The position numbers were made by a program, and so were the translations under genes. This document shows, one piece after another, positions 59,044 to 64,000 of a DNA stretch of 64,000 nt. Position 1 is the first letter of the stretch, and each line of letters opens with the position of its first letter. The stretch is from NCBI GenBank assembly GCA_963844715.1, contig CAWJPJ010000007.1, positions 928,001-992,000 on the forward strand, written 5' to 3'. A model generated the notes under the pieces. It saw only the letters and a program-made list of their open reading frames with translations. It did not search any database and was not told the DNA's origin. Source of the stretch: an uncultured Phycisphaerales bacterium (lineage in GTDB: Bacteria; Planctomycetota; Phycisphaerae; Tepidisphaerales; Tepidisphaeraceae).

Positions 59044-59091
59044 TAACCTGTAAAAAAGTCGCTTGACCGGTTAGAGTAGTGGGATTATGGT
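59044..59091 (+). promoter_or_regulatory. Sigma70-type promoter overlapped by an inverted-repeat operator
   Basis: TTGACC (59063)-17 bp-TATGGT (59086); IR TAACCTGTAAA (59044-54) / TTGACCGGTTA (59063-73). Confidence 0.65.
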
Positions 59092-59131
59092 TGCGCATCG
59101 CTGACCTGTTCTTCAAACTCGAAAGGTTAAC

Positions 59132-60000
59132 ATGACCATCAATTACAGAACCGCGAATGTCAATGGCATTAAAATTTTCTACCGGGAGGCGGGCAGTCCA
59201 AGCGCCTCCCACCTTGTTGCTGCTGCACGGATTTCCAAGCTCCAGCCACATGTTTCGCGAATCTCATTCCGATGCTGGCCGAGCAGATATCATCTCGTCG
59301 CGCCCGATTTCCCCGGCTTTGGGCAGTCCGGCATGCCGGATCGCAGCAAGTACCAGTACACGTTCGCGAACATCGCCGACACCATCGCGGGATTTACCGA
59401 CGCGGTCGGCCTTAAGAAGTTTGCCATTTATATCTTCGATTACGGTTCTCCGGTGGGCCTTGCGCATGGCCCTGAAATTTCCGGATCGAATCTCCGCCAT
59501 CATCTCCCAAAATGGAAACGCCTACGAGGAAGGGTTGAGCAATGGATGGGATCCGATCCGAGCCTATTGGAAGGACCCCTCCCAGGCCAATCGCGACGCT
59601 TTGAGGGCGTTCCTTAAACCTGAAACGACGATCTTCCAGTATACCCACGGCGTCGCGGACACCAGCCTGGTCTCGCCTGACGGCCGCTCATTGGACGACT
59701 TTTATCTCGCGCGGCCCGGCGCGGACGAAATCCAGTTGGACCTTTTCAAGGATTACGCCAGCAACGTCGCGCTTTATCCGCAGTTTCAGGAGTATTTCAG
59801 GAAGTCACCAGCCGCCGCTGCTGGCGGTTTGGGGGAAGAATGATCCGTTCTTTCTTCCCGCCGGCGCGGAGGCGTTCAAGCGCGATATCCCAAAGGCGAC
59901 GGTGCAATTCTTTGACACGGGACATTTCGCGCTCGAAACGCACTGCCGCGAAATAGCCGACGCGATTGTCCCGTTTCTGGCCGGAGCCGTTGGCAACTGA
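59132..60000 (+). CDS. Alpha/beta hydrolase (epoxide hydrolase/dehalogenase-like), frameshifted
   Basis: LLLHGFPSSSHMFR; APDFPGFG; FDYGSPVG; QNGNAYEEGL; WGKNDPFF; GHFALETH. Confidence 0.9.
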
Positions 60001-60025
60001 TCGACCGTCGCGTGGGAATCTGGAT

Positions 60026-60729
60026 ATGCCTAATTCCAAAATAACCGTCGTTCTGGTTCACGGCGCCTGGGCGGAATGCGCGAGTTGGGCCGAAATCATT
60101 CTTCCTTTGCAAAAGCAGGGACTCGGAGTGGTCTGCGCGCCGATTCCGCTGACGAGTCTTAAGGATGATGTTGGCCGCGCTGGATCGAGTCGCTGGCCCG
60201 GATTGAGGGCGACATCGTCCTCGTTGGGCATGCATATGCCGGCGCCGTCATCGGCGCCACGAAGAATGAGCGCGTAAAGCTGCTCGTTTATGTGGCCGCC
60301 CTCGCGCCGGACGAGGGAGAAACCGTGGCGGATGTGTTTTACCGGGAACCACCCCACGCCCAGGCCCCAAAACTGGCTCCCGATGAGCGACGGATTCATT
60401 TGGATGCCGCCCGAAGGCTTCGAGCACGCGTTCGCCCAGGATGCGGCCCCCGAAATGAAGTCGGTACTGCTCGCCACGCAGCGGCCGATCAACGTCGAAG
60501 TGCATTCAGGAGAAAGCTCCCCGGCCGCTTTGGAAGGACAGGCCGGTCGTGGTTCCTCGTCGCCGAGAATGATCGAATGATTCCCGCCAAGACCCAGCAT
60601 TTCCAGGCCGGGCGCATGGGGGCCACGGTGCGCGCTCATGCCGTCGATCATTCGCCGATGCTGACGGCTCCGGGCACAGTCGTCGAGGTTCTCCTCGAAG
60701 CGATCCGAACCATCTGGAAAGACGCATAG
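60026..60729 (+). CDS. Alpha/beta hydrolase (Abhydrolase_6), frameshifted
   Basis: VLVHGAWA; LVGHAYAG; LVYVAALAPDEGE; DRMIP; HSPM. Confidence 0.85.
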
Positions 60730-60754
60730 ACGTCTTATCGCCGAAAGGGGAACC

Positions 60755-61526
60755 ATGAAAAGCAATGTTGCCATTATCACCGGGGCCAGCCAGGGCATTG
60801 GCCGCGCGACCGCTTTGCGACTGGCCAAAGATTTTTCTTCCATCGTACTTGCCGCCCGCAACGGCGATGCGCTGAAGGAAGTGGCCAAGGCGGTAGACTC
60901 AAGCGGGCGCGGAGGCATTGCCGTTGCCGCTCGACCTTCGCGAACCGGCCGCGGACAAGACGCTCGTGGACGAGGCATTGAAACGATTTGGAAGGATCGA
61001 TGCGCTGGTCAATATCGCCGGCGCTGTTCCGCAAATCGATATTCTGGAGATGACCGATGCCCAGTGGGACGACGGGATGGCGTTGAAACTGCATGGCGCG
61101 CGTCGCATCACGATTCATGCCTGGAATGCGCTGAAGGAGTCCAAAGGGTCGGTGGTTTTCATGTCGGGCAACTCCGCTCAGGCTCCGAAATCGGCCTACG
61201 CGGCAGTCGCGACAATCAACGCGGCGATCGTCGCGATGGCTCGCGCATTTGCCGAGCGAGGCATCAAGGACGGGGTGCAGGTCAACAGCGTGCTCCCGGG
61301 TCCTGTCCTGACGAATCGCCGCAAAACCTACATGGAAAAGTACGCGCCGGCCCACAACATGACTTTCGACGAGGCTATGGAGAAGTTTCCCTCCCAGGCG
61401 GGAATCAGCCGCTACGGGCAACCCGAAGAGATCGCGGACCTCATGGCGTTTCTTGTGTCGCCACAAGCAAAATGGATGACGGGAAGCGCGGTGCGCATGG
61501 ACGGGGGCGAGATTAAAGGGGTCTGA
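60755..61526 (+). CDS. SDR family oxidoreductase, frameshifted
   Basis: ITGASQGIGRA; IDALVNIAG; VNSVLPG; WMTGSAVRMDGG. Confidence 0.9.
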
Positions 61527-61609
61527 GCGATCGTGAAAGCCACTCCTTCCGGCTGGGTCCTGGCCTCCCCGTGACCTGGGGAGCGAGATTTGATATTTAA
61601 ATATCGCTT

Positions 61610-62188
61610 ATGCGTATCGTGCTCACCGGCGGCCCCGGGTCCGGCAAGACGGTCATCTCCGCCGCTATCGCCCGCGCCAATCCGGATCGCATCGTTGCGG
61701 TGCCTGAGGCCGCCACGCAGGTTTATTCCGCCACCGGGACGCGATGGCATTTGTGCGAGCCCGAACTAAAACGTCAATTGCAACGCCGCATTTACCAGCT
61801 TCAGATCGAGCAGGAGGAACGGTACGCTCGCGAGAACCCCGACAAACTGCTCCTTCTGGACCGAGGAACGATCGACGGCTCGATCTATTGGCCGGATGGA
61901 GAGGCCGCTTACTGGTCCGCGATGAAAACAACCTTGGGAAAGGAACTGGCCCGGTACGACCGCGTCATCCTTCTGCAATCCGCCGCCGCGATCGGCATCT
62001 ATGACGGGTCGGAATCCAATTCCGTACGGTTCGAAAATGCGGCCGAGGCGATTGCGTCCAGTGAAGCGCTGGAGGCAGCGTGGGGCGGGCATTCTCGGCT
62101 GACTCGCGTGGCCGCGACTCAATTGCTGGCGGACAAAATAGTGCGAGTGTCCGAGCTGGTCGCGGAGGCGGTTGGGAATCGAGTCTAA
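61610..62188 (+). CDS. AAA_28 (NadR-type) P-loop ATPase
   Basis: IVLTGGPGSGKT; VPEAA; LLLDRGTIDG. Confidence 0.85.
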   Translation: MRIVLTGGPGSGKTVISAAIARANPDRIVAVPEAATQVYSATGTRWHLCEPELKRQLQRRIYQLQIEQEERYARENPDKLLLLDRGTIDGSIYWPDGEAAYWSAMKTTLGKELARYDRVILLQSAAAIGIYDGSESNSVRFENAAEAIASSEALEAAWGGHSRLTRVAATQLLADKIVRVSELVAEAVGNRV

Positions 62189-62201
62189 AGAGAGATTTGC
62201 G

Positions 62202-64000
62202 TTACGCCGCCTGGGAGGCGGATTCGCTGCGTGAGTCGCGGGAAAATTCCGCGACGGTTTGGCGGATGGAAGGCCAGGACTGGTCGTTCTCGGCGGTCAT
62301 CAAGAGCCTCGCCGCCTGGGCGGCCAAATCTTTCAAACCAGCGGCGGCGGCTTTGCCGAGGACCAGTTTGGCTACTTCCTTGACCACCTCGCGGTCCTGA
62401 CGTTCGATGGCCTGTTCCATCTGGGCCAGTTCGGTGGGGAGGTCCTGATAGAACTTCTGCGCCAGCGCGGCGCGCTTCGCCGCGGCTGAGGCGTCTTCCT
62501 TTGGGGCCTCTTTGGGGATGGGAGCGACTTTCAGATATCTCCCCATGGCCTTGATGAGTTTCTGCATTTCGATCGGCTTGGTGACGAAATCATTGCACCC
62601 CGCATCGAGGCACTTGGAGCGGTCACGCTCCATCGCGTTGGCGGTCAGCGCGATGATCGGGCCGCGATAACCCTTGCCGCGAAGTTCCAGCGTGGCGCTG
62701 AAGCCGTCCATGACGGGCATTTGCACGTCCATGAGAATCAGATCGAACGGCTTGTCGCAATTGGCGGCGGCCAGAGCCTTTTCGCAGGCGATTTTCCCGT
62801 TGTTGGCGATCTCGACCTTCAAGCCCATCTCGCGGAGGCGGGTGGCGATGAGCGCCTGGTTATCGATGCCGTCTTCGGCGACGAGAACCGAGCCGCTGAC
62901 GCGGACGCGCGGGTGCGTGTAATCGTCATGGGCCTGCATCGCCTCTTCCGGGCGTTCCTGAATGGCGGCGTCGACCAGAGAGCCAGTGCCGACTGTGACG
63001 CCGAAAGTGCTTCCCTGTCCTTCTTCGCTTTCGACACAGACATCGCCGCCCAGGGCTCGCGCGAAATGCTGCGAAATCGCCAGACCGAGGCCTGAGCCGC
63101 CGTAGTGACGGCTGATGGTCGTGTCCGCCTGGACGAAGGGCTTGAAGAGCGCTTCGAGTCGATCCGGTGGAATTCCGATCCCGGTGTCCTTGATTTCCAC
63201 TTGGAGCAGCGGCTCGGCGCTGCGCAGCGAAGGCTGGATCGAGACGGTCAGCGTCACGCCGCCCTGTTTGGTGAATTTGATCGCGTTGGAGACAAGATTG
63301 ATCAGCACCTGGCGAAGGCGCGTCGGATCGGTGCGGATCATCTTCGGGATCGGGCCCCTGAAATTTACATCCAGGGTCAATCCCTTCTCTTTTGCGCGAT
63401 GACGCAGGAGCGAGAGGACCTCGCCTACGACGCCGGCGGGATTGCACAGGATCTCTTCGACGGTCATCCGGCCCGCTTCAATTTTCGACAGATCGAGAAT
63501 ATCGTTGATGAGCGTAAGGAGATGCTCCCCGTTGCGGCGAATGATCCGCGCATCGGCGAGGCGCTCCTCTTCGGATCGCTCGGGATTGAGGAGAAGTTCG
63601 GCAAAGCCGTTGATCGCCGTCAGCGGCGTGCGGATTTCGTGGCTGATGTTGGCGAAAAAGAGCGATTTGTATCGATTGGCGGCTTCGGCTCCATCGCGTG
63701 CCAGTTTTAGTTGGTCCTGCACTTCGCGGCGCTGGGCGTCCAGCCGCGCCAGCTTTTTCAGGTTGTGCCAGACCACCAGCCCGAAGGCGATGGCGACCGT
63801 GTAGACGAAAATGATGAAGCAGCTATCCCAGCGGTACCAATGGCGATAGATACCGATGAAAAGCGCCCACCAAAGAAGGGTGGGGACCAGGAAGCAAGCC
63901 GGGAGCAATTGACGCGCGACCATGCGGGTGATCGCATCGTTCTGGAGTTTGATTCGCCCGCGCTGCTGGCGCACCATTTCGGTGGCGTTGGGGGCGAGAT
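62202..64000 (-). CDS. Hybrid sensor histidine kinase (TM, HisKA, HATPase, REC, Hpt-like); 5' end beyond the window
   Basis: ANISHEIRTPL; NLVSNAIKFT; DTGIGI; GSGLGLAIS; ILMDVQMPVMDG; KPI. Confidence 0.93.
   Translation of the reverse strand, partial: LAPNATEMVRQQRGRIKLQNDAITRMVARQLLPACFLVPTLLWWALFIGIYRHWYRWDSCFIIFVYTVAIAFGLVVWHNLKKLARLDAQRREVQDQLKLARDGAEAANRYKSLFFANISHEIRTPLTAINGFAELLLNPERSEEERLADARIIRRNGEHLLTLINDILDLSKIEAGRMTVEEILCNPAGVVGEVLSLLRHRAKEKGLTLDVNFRGPIPKMIRTDPTRLRQVLINLVSNAIKFTKQGGVTLTVSIQPSLRSAEPLLQVEIKDTGIGIPPDRLEALFKPFVQADTTISRHYGGSGLGLAISQHFARALGGDVCVESEEGQGSTFGVTVGTGSLVDAAIQERPEEAMQAHDDYTHPRVRVSGSVLVAEDGIDNQALIATRLREMGLKVEIANNGKIACEKALAAANCDKPFDLILMDVQMPVMDGFSATLELRGKGYRGPIIALTANAMERDRSKCLDAGCNDFVTKPIEMQKLIKAMGRYLKVAPIPKEAPKEDASAAAKRAALAQKFYQDLPTELAQMEQAIERQDREVVKEVAKLVLGKAAAAGLKDLAAQAARLLMTAENDQSWPSIRQTVAEFSRDSRSESASQAA

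Noticed and set aside
1..64000. CRISPR array or cas genes
   Set aside because: No regularly spaced short repeats with unique spacers; the repeats seen are protein-coding, IS ends or tRNA fragments.

Overview
GC-rich bacterial window, probably planctomycete-like (inferred from protein styles). Many single-base frameshifts, most likely long-read assembly indels, split genes into several ORFs. From left to right: (1) the 3' 16.2 kb of a giant adhesin-Rhs polymorphic toxin (Pmp/choice-of-anchor-Q repeats, FN3, PA14, lectin-like repeats, FG-GAP, transglutaminase-like, DUF6531, YD/Rhs core, glycine-rich toxin tip) with a membrane immunity candidate. (2) A second, start-less Rhs cassette with a BECR/colicin-E5-like RNase tip and two tandem immunity paralogues. 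(3) A head-to-tail pair of IS110-family (IS1111-type) elements. Their right non-coding end folds into a two-loop bridge-RNA-like structure whose guides match the reconstructed target and donor sites; the second copy is interrupted by an IS21. (4) A decayed ICE/prophage module (TraF, DUF2840, AAA_24, XRE/S24 regulators). (5) Three tRNA-Arg(UCG) remnants that bound tandemly accreted islands. These carry a Cys/His-rich peptide plus cNMP-domain ABC exporter, cyclic beta-1,2-glucan synthase, an IS630-disrupted gene, GT-C glycosyltransferases, cfa and a methyltransferase. (6) An ABATE/CGNR-regulated hydrolase-SDR operon, an AAA_28 ATPase and a hybrid sensor kinase. No CRISPR array, intact tRNA, rRNA or integrase was seen.
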